A stretch of 62,277 nt of DNA, counting the filler, from Clostridia bacterium (GTDB lineage Bacteria; CBDUZB01; JAGLHV01), in assembly GCA_030637025.1 (NCBI GenBank). It is 4 parts of 4 records of this genome, joined end to end, with 100 filler letters (N's around TTAATTAATTAA, not from the genome) between each part and the next. Parts side by side here need not be neighbours in the genome. Positions count along the whole stretch, not along the records: positions 35,339 to 49,315 come from DAOVVV010000049.1; positions 49,416 to 62,277 come from DAOVVV010000051.1; 2 more parts are not named here. One strand, 5' to 3'. A program made the position numbers and the translations under genes. Below, one piece after another: positions 48,621 through 59,121 of the stretch; positions within the stretch are counted from its first letter, which is position 1; each line of letters starts with the position of its first letter. Below the pieces are notes generated by a model that worked only from the letters and a program-made list of their open reading frames with translations, had not been told where the DNA came from and made no database searches.

Positions 48621-49127
48621 TCAGCTTTGTTTTACTGCGCACCCCGGACAAATCAATCTCATTTTACATTTTAAACAGGTTTTTTTTCTATTAATCACTC
48701 CGCTGTAGATGGAAACAACCAATAACAAAATTAATATAATCACCTTAAATATTACAAACTCCTGAGAAATTAAAATACCAATAAAAATAACCGGAATAAC
48801 AGTTAAAAGGCCGTAAGTAAGAGATGCAAGTTTTTGCCCATAGCCGGCATTAAATTTTTCAATACTTCCTCCTTTGAAAAATAAAGCAGATAATTTACCC
48901 CATCCCAGAGAACACCGCCGTTTATAATAATAACAATTTGTACAAAGCAATTTACGTAAAACAAAACCTATCATTGCGACAGCAAATAAAAGATAAATCA
49001 AAGCAATTAAAGGACAAAAAAACCGGCAAGCAATAGTTCCTAAAAGAATCCATAAAATTATTAAAAAATTCCCCCAAAAAATAATTACCTTAGGATATCT
49101 TTCTAATCCCTCTTTATAAATATTCAT
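48621..49127 (-). CDS. 4-TM membrane protein with two Cys clusters
   Basis: CTNCYYYKRRC and CLKCKMRLICPGC; likely ATG 49127. Confidence 0.75.
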   Translation of the reverse strand: MNIYKEGLERYPKVIIFWGNFLIILWILLGTIACRFFCPLIALIYLLFAVAMIGFVLRKLLCTNCYYYKRRCSLGWGKLSALFFKGGSIEKFNAGYGQKLASLTYGLLTVIPVIFIGILISQEFVIFKVIILILLLVVSIYSGVINRKKTCLKCKMRLICPGCAVKQS

Positions 49128-49189
49128 CTTATTCTTTATTATTTCCCTGGTTAATAAAAAAATCAGTTTTACCAAAAATTATTTATCTG

Positions 49190-49315
49190 CTAACTTTTCT
49201 GAACCTGTTGTCTTTTTAAGTCTGCCAACTGCTTTTCTAATTCTACAATTCTATCTCTCGATTGCTGTGTAAAGTTTTCTACTTCTTTTATAGAATTAGC
49301 ATTATCCACTAATCG
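49190..49315 (-). CDS. C-terminal fragment of an unknown coiled-coil protein at contig end
   Basis: RLVDNANS...IVELEKQLADLKRQQVQKS*. Confidence 0.5.
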   Translation of the reverse strand, partial: RLVDNANSIKEVENFTQQSRDRIVELEKQLADLKRQQVQKS

Positions 49316-49415
49316 NNNNNNNNNNNNNNNNNNNNNNNNNNNNNNNNNNNNNNNNNNNNTTAATTAATTAANNNNNNNNNNNNNNNNNNNNNNNNNNNNN
49401 NNNNNNNNNNNNNNN
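49316..49415. other. Artificial contig spacer
   Basis: N run with TTAATTAATTAA. Confidence 0.97.
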
Positions 49416-49560
49416 CATTGGAGATATTAGGATAAGAAGTTTCAGCAGGAAGAGGTGGAGCAAGTGCAGATTTTAGGACTACCGGCCCGGCCCATACACT
49501 CATAGAAAATAAAAGAAAAATTGCCATTAACCCATTAATAAACAAAAAACATTTTTTCAT
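49416..49560 (-). CDS. N-terminus of a secreted protein, truncated at contig end
   Basis: Signal peptide MKKCFL...SVWA; AAGGA RBS. Confidence 0.65.
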
Positions 49561-49695
49561 TTAACCTATTCCTTATTTCACCGGATTTTATATAAACTCC
49601 TAAAAAAATTATCTCTTTAAAAACTTTTAACACATTATAATAAATATAACATTATCTTTTTTTAGTGTCAAGACTATATTTTAGATTATAAAATA

Positions 49696-50571
49696 CTACA
49701 GTAATTTACATTCCTTCATTATGCTTTTCAACTTTTCCAGATTTTCATCACGCATCGGGGACAAAGGAAGCCGCACAAAAGCAGAACATTTTCCCATTAA
49801 ATCCATCACTGCTTTTACCGGGGCAGGATTGGTTTCGTAAAACATTGCTTCCATTAAAAGAAACATTTTATAATGTAATTCTTTAGCTTTAACCATATTA
49901 CCCGATAAAAAGGACCCTACCATCTCTGCCATATCTTTTGGCATAATATTAGCCACGACCGAAATAACCCCTTTTCCTCCTAAAGCCAACATAGGGAAAG
50001 TAAGAGAATCATCCCCGGACAAAACAATAAAATCTTCCCCACAACCCTTTATAATCTTAGTTACCTGCCCGAGTAACCCACTAGCTTCTTTTACTCCAAC
50101 AATATTTTTGCAGTCTTTAGCTAATTTAACTACTGTAGCCGGCAGTAAATTTACCGCCGTTCTTCCCGGAACATTATAAAGGATAATAGGAATATCCACT
50201 TCATCCGCGATTTTCTTAAAATGTAAATATAATCCATCCTGAGTCGGCTTATTATAATAAGGAGTGATGATTAAAGCCCCGTCGGCTCCTATTTCCTTAG
50301 CAAACCGGGTCATTCTTAATGCTTCTATAGTATTATTAGAACCTGTTCCGGCAATAACCTTCACCCGTCCTCCAGCTGCTTTTACCACCGTTTCAACAAC
50401 ATCATCATGTTCCTGATGAGAAAGGGTTGCTGATTCACCGGTAGTGCCACAAGGTACTATGCCGTTAGTTCCCTGTGTAATATGCCACTCCACTAATTCT
50501 TCTAATTTTTCTTTATCCACCTGACCATTTTTAAATGGTGTTACTAACGCTACATATGACCCTGAAAACAT
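49696..50571 (-). CDS. dapA: 4-hydroxy-tetrahydrodipicolinate synthase
   Basis: GTTGE, PYYNKP, LYNVPGRT, KEASG; ATG 50571 after GGAGG. Confidence 0.97.
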   Translation of the reverse strand: MFSGSYVALVTPFKNGQVDKEKLEELVEWHITQGTNGIVPCGTTGESATLSHQEHDDVVETVVKAAGGRVKVIAGTGSNNTIEALRMTRFAKEIGADGALIITPYYNKPTQDGLYLHFKKIADEVDIPIILYNVPGRTAVNLLPATVVKLAKDCKNIVGVKEASGLLGQVTKIIKGCGEDFIVLSGDDSLTFPMLALGGKGVISVVANIMPKDMAEMVGSFLSGNMVKAKELHYKMFLLMEAMFYETNPAPVKAVMDLMGKCSAFVRLPLSPMRDENLEKLKSIMKECKLL

Positions 50572-50700
50572 TTTTATACCTCCGTTTTTTATTATTAGTT
50601 TTGCCAATTTTTTATATACCATAAGATAAAATTACGCCGTAAGATTTTAGCTTTATTAAACAACCTTATTTAAAATTAAAAACTCAAACTTCAAAAGAAA

Positions 50701-50722
50701 GCCTGATAAATCAGGCAACTAC
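50701..50722 (-). repeat. GTAG-type REP
   Basis: Minus strand GTAGTTGCCTGATTTATCAGGC (GTAG + palindrome). Confidence 0.6.
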
Positions 50723-50920
50723 AAATAAAAATTTAAATTCAAGACAAAAAAATAATCGCCTTTTTCTTTAATTTTGTGCCTGTTTTTTATCTTTTAACTT
50801 ATAACTTTCTGTTATTTGTTATCTATGGACTATTTTTTTTGTGTGCCCATAGGGTAAAATTACGCGTTTATAGAAAAACATATTTTGGCTTTATTACACA
50901 CCCCGTCCTACTAAAAATTA

Positions 50921-51739
50921 TTAAATTATAAATATCCCTTCATAACTTACTGCAACCGGCCCTTCCAGATATACCTCTTTTATCTCCTCTTTTTCTATTC
51001 TAAAATAAATTGTATAAATTTCTCCACTTTGGGTAATAACCTTTAGCGGGGATTTAAGTCCCTTCTTTAAACCGGCAATAATAGCCGAAGCCACACTTCC
51101 TGTTCCACAGGATAAGGTTTCCGCCTCTACTCCCCTCTCATAAGTACGCAAATAAATATTTGACTTATCTTTAAGCGAAACAAAATCAACATTTGTTCCT
51201 TCCGGGGCAAACATTTTATGCCAGCGAATTTGTCTTCCTATATTTTCCACCTCCAAATTTTCTATCCGGGGCGTAAAAATTATTGTATGGGGAACACCTG
51301 TATTGATAAATGAGCATTTTAATGTTTTATTACCAATCTTAATTTTTAAATTTTTTTCTAAGCCGAAAGGTTTACTCATTTTTATTTTTATTTTCTTATC
51401 ATTAATTATCTGTGCGTATATTTTCCCTGCTTTTGTTTCAAAACACATATTTTTTTTTGCTATTTTTTCCTTATAACTAAAAAGGGCAACACATCTCGCC
51501 CCATTACCACACATTTCCGCTTCACTCCCATCCGGATTAAAAATACGCATTTTAAAATCTGCACTTCGGGACTTTTCCACCAGAACTACCCCGTCAGCTC
51601 CTACAGAAATTTTTCTTAAACAAATTTGTTTTGAGAGAAAAGATTTTTTTTTGGGTAAAACATCCTTTCTATTATCGATTATAATAAAATCATTTCCACC
51701 CCCACTCATCTTTAAAAATTTAATCTTTTTTTTAAGCAT
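50921..51739 (-). CDS. dapF: Diaminopimelate epimerase
   Basis: GNDF, EMCGNGARC, TGVPH, ERGV.ETLSCGTG. Confidence 0.97.
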   Translation of the reverse strand: MLKKKIKFLKMSGGGNDFIIIDNRKDVLPKKKSFLSKQICLRKISVGADGVVLVEKSRSADFKMRIFNPDGSEAEMCGNGARCVALFSYKEKIAKKNMCFETKAGKIYAQIINDKKIKIKMSKPFGLEKNLKIKIGNKTLKCSFINTGVPHTIIFTPRIENLEVENIGRQIRWHKMFAPEGTNVDFVSLKDKSNIYLRTYERGVEAETLSCGTGSVASAIIAGLKKGLKSPLKVITQSGEIYTIYFRIEKEEIKEVYLEGPVAVSYEGIFII

Positions 51740-51758
51740 ATTTTTTTCTCTTTAAATT

Positions 51759-53021
51759 TTATATCTCTAAAATATCCGGCATTTTTTCATTTTTAACTAA
51801 ATCTTCGTAAGTCTCTCTCTTTCGAATAACAAAATAATCTTCCCCACTTACCAGTATTTCAGCCGGTCGACAGCGAAAATTATAATTGGAAGCCATAGAA
51901 AAACCATAAGCCCCTGCCCCAAAGATACTTAATAATTCCCCTTCTTTTACTTTAGGAAATTCCCTATCCCGGGCAAAAAAATCAGCTGACTCACATATTG
52001 GACCAACTATATCAACAACCTCTTTTTCCTTTTCTTCTTTTTGCCTTACCGGTTTAATCTCATGATGTGCCTGATAAAAAGCAGGCCTAAGAAAATCATT
52101 CATCCCGGCATCAACTATAACAAAAGTTTTTTCTGCTGTCTCTTTACGATAAAGAACCCGGCTTACTAATATTCCCGCATTTCCCATCAAAACCCTTCCC
52201 GGCTCACAAATCACCTTAACCTTTAATTTTAAAAGTTTAGAAGTAATTACTTGAGCATAATTTTCCAAACTGGGAGGTTCCTCATCAAGATAAACAATTC
52301 CTAATCCCCCTCCTACATTTATGTATTCAATTTCTATGCCTATTTTTTTTAGTTCACCCATTAAAAAAATTATTTTATCTAACCCCTCTACAAAAGGATC
52401 CAAACTTGTTATTTGAGAACCAATATGCATATGAATTCCTGCTATTTTTATATTCTCCAGGTCTCGTGCTAATTTATATCCATCAAGAGCCTGATCAAAC
52501 CCAAATCCAAATTTACTTTTTTTAAGACCGGTAGCTAAATAAGAATGCGTTTGAGGATTTAAATCGGGATTAACTCTCAAAACCACTTTTGCGTTTTTCC
52601 CCAAAGAATGGGCTACTTTATTAAGTAAGCGTAATTCTGCCTGGGAATCAACATCAAACATTAAAATATTTGATTTTAAAGCAAAACATATTTCCTTTTC
52701 CGTCTTTCCGTTTCCGCTAAAAACTATTTTATCCGGGGATACTCCTGATTTCAAAGCCTGTGCTAATTCTCCCCCGGAAACAACCTCTGCTCCCCCTCCT
52801 GCCTTAGCAAAAATCTTACAAATAGCCATATTAGAATTAGCCTTATAGGCATAACAAATAAGAGGATCTATCTCTTTTAACGCTCTTTTAAAAGAATTAT
52901 AATGATTAAAAATGGTTTGGTAGCTATAAAGATAAAAAGGCGTACCTATTTCAAGAGCAATTTTTTCTACCCTCACATCCTCACAATGTAATTTTCCATC
53001 GATATATTTAAAGCTATGCAT
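51759..53021 (-). CDS. lysA: Diaminopimelate decarboxylase
   Basis: YAYKAN, HIGSQ, EPGR, GPICES, GAYG. Confidence 0.97.
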   Translation of the reverse strand: MHSFKYIDGKLHCEDVRVEKIALEIGTPFYLYSYQTIFNHYNSFKRALKEIDPLICYAYKANSNMAICKIFAKAGGGAEVVSGGELAQALKSGVSPDKIVFSGNGKTEKEICFALKSNILMFDVDSQAELRLLNKVAHSLGKNAKVVLRVNPDLNPQTHSYLATGLKKSKFGFGFDQALDGYKLARDLENIKIAGIHMHIGSQITSLDPFVEGLDKIIFLMGELKKIGIEIEYINVGGGLGIVYLDEEPPSLENYAQVITSKLLKLKVKVICEPGRVLMGNAGILVSRVLYRKETAEKTFVIVDAGMNDFLRPAFYQAHHEIKPVRQKEEKEKEVVDIVGPICESADFFARDREFPKVKEGELLSIFGAGAYGFSMASNYNFRCRPAEILVSGEDYFVIRKRETYEDLVKNEKMPDILEI

Positions 53022-53176
53022 AACAATAGTCCCCTCTCCTTTAATATAATCTTAACTTCCTTCCACCTTGCAGAACATTTTTCTTATACTTTTATCTCTA
53101 TCTCGGTTGTCTCATAAATAATATGAAGTGTACTTTTTTTACCCTATTTCAAAACGCCACACTCGTAACTTATAAC

Positions 53177-54151
53177 TTATTTTTTTCCTGCTTCATTTAG
53201 TTTATTTAACATTTTTCTGGAATACATTTTAAGCATCTTCCCTTTAGCATTGGTGTAAACAAACAGGCAGTCTCGTTTAGATAAATCATCCTTACCTTCT
53301 TTATAATAAACTAATCCCCGTAAAAAATGAGCTACGATATTACCTGAATCGATATCAATTACCTTAGTAAATTTTCTTATCGATTTATTGATTAAACCCT
53401 GTTTAAAAAAAATATAACCCAAATTCAAATGTGCTTCATAGGAAAGATAATTCTTGTCTAATATTTTCTGAAAAACAACTATTGCTTTATTTAATTTATT
53501 CTGGGAAAGATATAACAAACCTAATTTATTAAAGAATTCTTCCCGGGGATAAAGAGCCACAACATCTTCAAGATAAGAAATAGCTATATCCAATTTTCCT
53601 AACTTTTCATAAATATTAACCATTTCTAAACATATCTCAATGTTACTTTTATTAATACTTTGTGCTTTTTTGTAATATTTTAAAGCAACAGTATAAAGTT
53701 TTTTCCTTTGATATATTTTACTTAAATTAAACCAAACCTGAAAAATTTCCGGTTTAATTTTAATAACTTTCTCATAGGAAGAAATAGCCAAATCATCTAA
53801 TCCCACTATTTGATATATTCTCCCGATATTAAAATATCCCTCCCAACTTTTTTTCTTTAATAATATAACCCTTTTATAAGCAATAATGGCTTTTTCATAT
53901 TTTTTTTGGGCTTCATAAATATGCCCCATACGAGACCAAATCAATCGTTGCTGTTCATTGGACGATTTAAAATCCAATGCTTTACTATAATAAAGAAGAG
54001 CCGTTTTATTCTCTCCTTTACCGGCAAATTCTTGTGCCTTATTAAAATAAAGCAAAGTTTCTTTTTCACTCTTTGCTTCTACAACTTTACCCAACAGACA
54101 AAAATAAAACAAAGAAAATATTATTATAATTACCTTATTATACCGCTGCAT
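53177..54151 (-). CDS. Exported TPR protein
   Basis: Signal peptide and tandem TPR motifs. Confidence 0.85.
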   Translation of the reverse strand: MQRYNKVIIIIFSLFYFCLLGKVVEAKSEKETLLYFNKAQEFAGKGENKTALLYYSKALDFKSSNEQQRLIWSRMGHIYEAQKKYEKAIIAYKRVILLKKKSWEGYFNIGRIYQIVGLDDLAISSYEKVIKIKPEIFQVWFNLSKIYQRKKLYTVALKYYKKAQSINKSNIEICLEMVNIYEKLGKLDIAISYLEDVVALYPREEFFNKLGLLYLSQNKLNKAIVVFQKILDKNYLSYEAHLNLGYIFFKQGLINKSIRKFTKVIDIDSGNIVAHFLRGLVYYKEGKDDLSKRDCLFVYTNAKGKMLKMYSRKMLNKLNEAGKK

Positions 54152-54210
54152 TTTTTATTTCCTAATTTAAATTTAAACTAATCCAAATTAACCCAGCCAA
54201 TTAATCTTCT

Positions 54211-55176
54211 TTATTTTTTCCTCAATAACATTCTTTCAAAACCTTTATTCATAATTAATTCTTTAATTTTATATAGATTTCTACGCGTTGCTATTACCCC
54301 CGCTTCTATACATTCTTCTCCTCTGTTTAAATCAATAATACTTACATCTCCTACCTGTGGTTGAATTACTATATCAGCATTTTTTAACTGGTTAGACACC
54401 AATTGATTCCCTTGAATAGAAATTACCTGTGCCAAAATAAGTAAAATATTAGAAAGGTCGTAATCAGTAAAATCACCGCTGACTACTACAGCAATAATAA
54501 TATCGGCACTTAACATTTTAGCTATATCTACCGGAACATTATCTACAATTCCCCCATCAACTAAGAGTCTGTGTCTATATTCCACCGGTTTGAAAAGCCC
54601 TGGCACAGAAGCACTCGCCCGAACAGCAGGAGCAACAAGCCCATCCCGAAAAATAATCCGTTCTCCGGTTTGAATATCACTGGCCACACAGGCAAAAGTA
54701 ATTTTTAACTCATCAAACCTTTTATTCTTAATACGCAAAGCAATATATTCTTCTGTTTTCCGGGAATCAAATATATTTTTTAAGGAAAGTAATCTTACCG
54801 GACTAAAAGATGAAATAGAAATTAACTTATTCCAACCAATATCTTCACTCATATTCTCTATGTCTTCAATTCTCTCATCGGTAGCATATAATGCTCCTAT
54901 TAATGCTCCCACACTGGTCCCAACAATTATATCTATGGGAACATTCTCTTCTTTAAGCACTTTCAAGACCCCGATATGAGCCAGACCTCTGGCCCCGCCC
55001 CCGCCTAAAACAAGCGCTACCCTGGGACGTAAATTATCTTCCAGATTACAAACTTCATTCCAGATATATCGCTTTAATAAAGCATCTTCCTTTTCAATAT
55101 CTAAAGCTAAAATGGTTTTAATTTGCAAATTAATTAAAATTATCAGTAAAAATAAAAATTTAATAGATTTTTTCAT
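54211..55176 (-). CDS. Patatin-like phospholipase
   Basis: GGGGARG, GTSVG, DGG motifs; N-terminal signal. Confidence 0.93.
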   Translation of the reverse strand: MKKSIKFLFLLIILINLQIKTILALDIEKEDALLKRYIWNEVCNLEDNLRPRVALVLGGGGARGLAHIGVLKVLKEENVPIDIIVGTSVGALIGALYATDERIEDIENMSEDIGWNKLISISSFSPVRLLSLKNIFDSRKTEEYIALRIKNKRFDELKITFACVASDIQTGERIIFRDGLVAPAVRASASVPGLFKPVEYRHRLLVDGGIVDNVPVDIAKMLSADIIIAVVVSGDFTDYDLSNILLILAQVISIQGNQLVSNQLKNADIVIQPQVGDVSIIDLNRGEECIEAGVIATRRNLYKIKELIMNKGFERMLLRKK

Positions 55177-56477
55177 TTTTCTACAATATCGACCCCTATT
55201 GCTTTTTCCAGATCGGCTCTGGCGATAATATGTTTATAAATTGACTGAATATATTCTAATCTCATTTTTATGTAAAAATCATATATTTCCATTAATTCAA
55301 AATAACTAATTTTCTCTTTTTCCGCTTTTGTTCGTATATTTCTTGCCGTTTCCCAATCAATTTTCATTTCCCGTACCTGTTTTTGCACCGCTATAAATTC
55401 CAGGTATTTTTTATTTACTTCCCACCGAACTTTATCTTCAACCGCTGCTTTTTGAAATCTAGCCTTTTCCAAATTCGCTTTTTTTTGTTTTACTCTGGCC
55501 CATCCAGCCCAGGCATCAAAAATAGGAATCTTTAAATTTATAGAAGCTATCCAGTTTTTTTCATCCATAGGCAAATCCCTGCCCCCGTACTGATAATTAG
55601 CTCCCATTACTATTGTCGGATATCTCTCCTTCAAAGAAAGACTTACGGCTAAAGCATTCATCTCCTCCTGAGCACGGGTTTGAAGTAATTCAGGCCGATA
55701 TTGAAAAGCCCACGCTATATATTTATTTAAATCTACCTCCAAATCCTTAAACTCTAATTTACCAATCAACTTTACACTGGTATTAAGTTCTATACCCAAA
55801 ATACTATTAAAGTTTAATCTGGCTAAAGAAATATCCTTTTCACATTTTCTTAAATTTGATTTGAATATAGCTAAAATTTTTTGCTGTTTCATTTTTGAAT
55901 AAGAGGAACTATATTCTTTTTGTGTAAATTTTTCTTCGAATTCCTGAATAGTTTTTTCATAAATTTCAATTTTTTTATGTAGTAAAAGTAGTTGATAAAA
56001 AACCTTTTTTACCTCTTGTTTAATCTCACTCTTCAATTGTTCATAGGCAGAGTTTTCTCCTTTTAAATTAATATCAGCTAATTTTTTAGTATCCCCTCTA
56101 AACCAACTCCCCTGATAAATATATTGATATAAAGATAATTGCATCGCATAAAAATTACCTTCTTCATTAGGTTCAAGCCATATTCCTCCTAACTCCGGTG
56201 GAAGAGATAAAGCCGAAACTGTTTTCAATCGGGAAATATTACAATTAAGATCCAGTTGTGGATACATAAAAGATCTTGCTTCTTTTACTTTTTCTTTGGC
56301 AATGGATACATCCCGGTGCTTACTAAGAAGGGTTTGACTGTTTAATAAAGCCAACCTTATACCCTGCCGAAGAGTTAATTTTCTCTCTGAAAATTCATCG
56401 GCAGAAAAAATTTTTCCCGAAAAGAAAAAAAGAAAAAAAAGAAAAAGACAAAAATGCTGTAACTTTTTACCAGCCAT
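55173..56477 (-). CDS. TolC family outer-membrane protein (in frame with argH)
   Basis: Internal MAGKKLQHFCLFLFFLFFFSGKIFSA signal peptide; YPQLDL, RPEL, KIPIFD, ADLEKAIG. Confidence 0.8.
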   Translation of the reverse strand: MAGKKLQHFCLFLFFLFFFSGKIFSADEFSERKLTLRQGIRLALLNSQTLLSKHRDVSIAKEKVKEARSFMYPQLDLNCNISRLKTVSALSLPPELGGIWLEPNEEGNFYAMQLSLYQYIYQGSWFRGDTKKLADINLKGENSAYEQLKSEIKQEVKKVFYQLLLLHKKIEIYEKTIQEFEEKFTQKEYSSSYSKMKQQKILAIFKSNLRKCEKDISLARLNFNSILGIELNTSVKLIGKLEFKDLEVDLNKYIAWAFQYRPELLQTRAQEEMNALAVSLSLKERYPTIVMGANYQYGGRDLPMDEKNWIASINLKIPIFDAWAGWARVKQKKANLEKARFQKAAVEDKVRWEVNKKYLEFIAVQKQVREMKIDWETARNIRTKAEKEKISYFELMEIYDFYIKMRLEYIQSIYKHIIARADLEKAIGVDIVEK

Positions 56478-57839
56478 TAGTTCTTTTATCCTTTTAATTT
56501 GTTTTTTTACACAAGAAAGAGCAGTCCCCGCAAAAGAATTTCTTGAATTAACACAATTTTCTAAACGAATAACATCCTTTATATCACCTTTAAAGTGTCC
56601 GGAAAACGTACAAAACTCTCCAACAGAAAGATTTTCCAATCTTTTCTCCTTTTCGATACAATAAGCAACTATTTTCCCGGTTATCCGGTGTGCTTCTCTA
56701 AAAGGAATTCCTTTATTGGTTAAATACTCAGCAACATTAGTCGCATTAAGAAAACCTTCCTGACACGCAGTATACATCCTTTTTTTCTTTATCAATATAG
56801 AAGAAAGCATCTTAGGAAAAACAATTAAAACTTCTTTTAAAGTATCTATTGTTTTAAACAGCTCTTCTTTGTCTTCCTGCATATCTCTATTATAAGCTAA
56901 AGGAAGAGACTTCATTTGAGTAAATAAGGCTATTAATGCCCCATAAATCTTACCTGTTTTTCCCCTGATAAGTTCTGCTATATCCGGATTTTTTTTCTGA
57001 GGCATAATAGAAGATCCGGTAGAAAAAGCATCATCTATTTCTATAAAAGAAAATTCGACAGAATTCCATAAAATAATTTCTTCGGAAAATCTGGATAAAT
57101 GCATCATCAATGTTGCCGCATCGGATAAAAACTCAATGATAAAATCTCTATCTCCTACCGTATCAATACTATTTTGCGAAACTTGCGGAAATTTTAATAA
57201 TCGGGCTACATAGCTTCGATCTATGGGAAAAGATGTCCCGGCTAAAGCCCCTACACCCAAAGGCATTACGTTTACCCTCTTTAAACAGTCCAACAACCTC
57301 TCTTTATCTCTTTCCAACATCCACCAATAAGCTAAAATATGGTGCGCAAAAAGTATTGGTTGAGCGTGTTGTAAATGGGTAAAACCAGGCATAATCACAT
57401 CTATATTTTTTTGTGCTATTTTTACTATTACTTTTTGAAATTTTACTATTAAATTTAATATTTCCCCCATTTCGTGTCGTAAATACATCCGCACATCCAA
57501 CGATACCTGGTCATTACGGGAACGGGCTGTATGCAATTTCCCACCTACATTCCCTATTTTTTCTATGAGTTTTTTCTCTATTAACATATGAATATCTTCA
57601 TCTCTATCAGAAAAACTTAATTTCTTATTTTCAATTTCAAGTAAAATTTCTTCTAAACCTGCAATAATTTTCTTCGTTTCATCTTTCTTAATTATTCCAC
57701 ACTTACCCAGCATCCTGACATGAGCAACACTTCCCCAAATATCGTATTTCGCTAATCTAATATCTAAAGCAATAGAAGCAAGGAATTTAGAACAATCCAT
57801 ATCCATTTCCTTTTTAAATCTTCCATTCCAGAGTTTCAC
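56478..57839 (-). CDS. argH: Argininosuccinate lyase (no stop before the TolC moiety)
   Basis: LWNGRF, HTARSRNDQ, GSSIMPQKKNPD, PFREAH. Confidence 0.95.
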
Positions 57840-57869
57840 TTTTTCCTCCTGATATTACATTTATTATAT

Positions 57870-59099
57870 CTAAATTCTATTTTTTTTCCCTTTTTTTTCT
57901 GCTTCCAGCATTGCTTTTGCTTTTAATGGTAACCCCCATAATTCAATAAATCCTTTTGCCGAGGAGTGGTCGAAAATATCTTCCTTAGTATAAGTAGCCA
58001 AAGAATGATGATATAAAGAATAAGGAGATTTTCTACCTACAACCTGACAAAGCCCTTTATACAATTTAAGCCTTACCCTCCCGGTTATTTCCTTCTGAGT
58101 AGTGCTAACGAAAGAAGCTATGGCTTCCCTTAACGGCGAATGCCACAACCCATAATAAATAAGCTCACCATAACGACAAGAAAGCAATTCCTTATAATGT
58201 AATAATTCTCTATCCAGAATCAACATTTCTAACTCCCGATGGGCAAGAGTCAAAATCATTGCCGCAGGACACTCATAAATTTCCCGGGACTTTATTCCGA
58301 CTAATCTGTTTTCCACTAAATCAACCCTGCCTATTCCATGTTTACCGCCTAATGCATTTAATTTCTCAATTAACGAAACTAATGAAAGTTTTTTTCCATC
58401 TATCTTTACCGGAATCCCTTCCTCAAAATCAATAATTACATATAAAGGTTTCTCCGGTGCCTTTTCCGGAGCAACTGTTATCTGGTAAGCATCTGCCGGC
58501 GGTTGGACCCAGGGATCTTCCAATTGACCACATTCAATACTTACTCCCCATAAATTACGATCAATACTATAAGGACTTTTTCCCTTTATTTCCAACGGTA
58601 TTTTATGTTTCTTTGCATAAGCAATTTCATCTTCACGAGACTTCATTTCCCATTCGCGTAAAGGAGCCAAGACTCTCAAACCCGGAGATAACTTAGCTAT
58701 AGTAACTTCAAATCGTACCTGGTCATTTCCCTTACCCGTACAACCGTGCACAATGGTATCTGCTTTCTCTCTCAATGCTAAAGAAACAAGTTTTTCGGCA
58801 ATCAAGGGACGGGATAAAGCTGTAGCTAAAAGATATTTATTTTCATAAACAGCATTTGCCTGCAAAGCAGGCAAAACATAATTATAAGCAAATTCTTTCC
58901 TCAGGTCTTCAATAATTATTTTGTCCACTCCTGAATTTAGTGCTTTTTTCTTTAAAGGTTTTAAGTTTTTTCCCTGTCCGACATCAACCGTATAAGCAAT
59001 TACCTCGCATCCGTAATTTTCTTTAAGCCAATGAATAATTACTGAAGTATCCAGTCCCCCCGAATATGCAAGTACTGCTTTTTTTATTTGTTTTTTCAT
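57870..59099 (-). CDS. argG: Argininosuccinate synthase
   Basis: LAYSGGLDTS, HGCTGKGNDQVRF, ENRLVGIKSRE. Confidence 0.97.
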   Translation of the reverse strand: MKKQIKKAVLAYSGGLDTSVIIHWLKENYGCEVIAYTVDVGQGKNLKPLKKKALNSGVDKIIIEDLRKEFAYNYVLPALQANAVYENKYLLATALSRPLIAEKLVSLALREKADTIVHGCTGKGNDQVRFEVTIAKLSPGLRVLAPLREWEMKSREDEIAYAKKHKIPLEIKGKSPYSIDRNLWGVSIECGQLEDPWVQPPADAYQITVAPEKAPEKPLYVIIDFEEGIPVKIDGKKLSLVSLIEKLNALGGKHGIGRVDLVENRLVGIKSREIYECPAAMILTLAHRELEMLILDRELLHYKELLSCRYGELIYYGLWHSPLREAIASFVSTTQKEITGRVRLKLYKGLCQVVGRKSPYSLYHHSLATYTKEDIFDHSSAKGFIELWGLPLKAKAMLEAEKKGKKNRI

Positions 59100-59121
59100 A
59101 ATTAAAATCCTCTTCTCTTTT

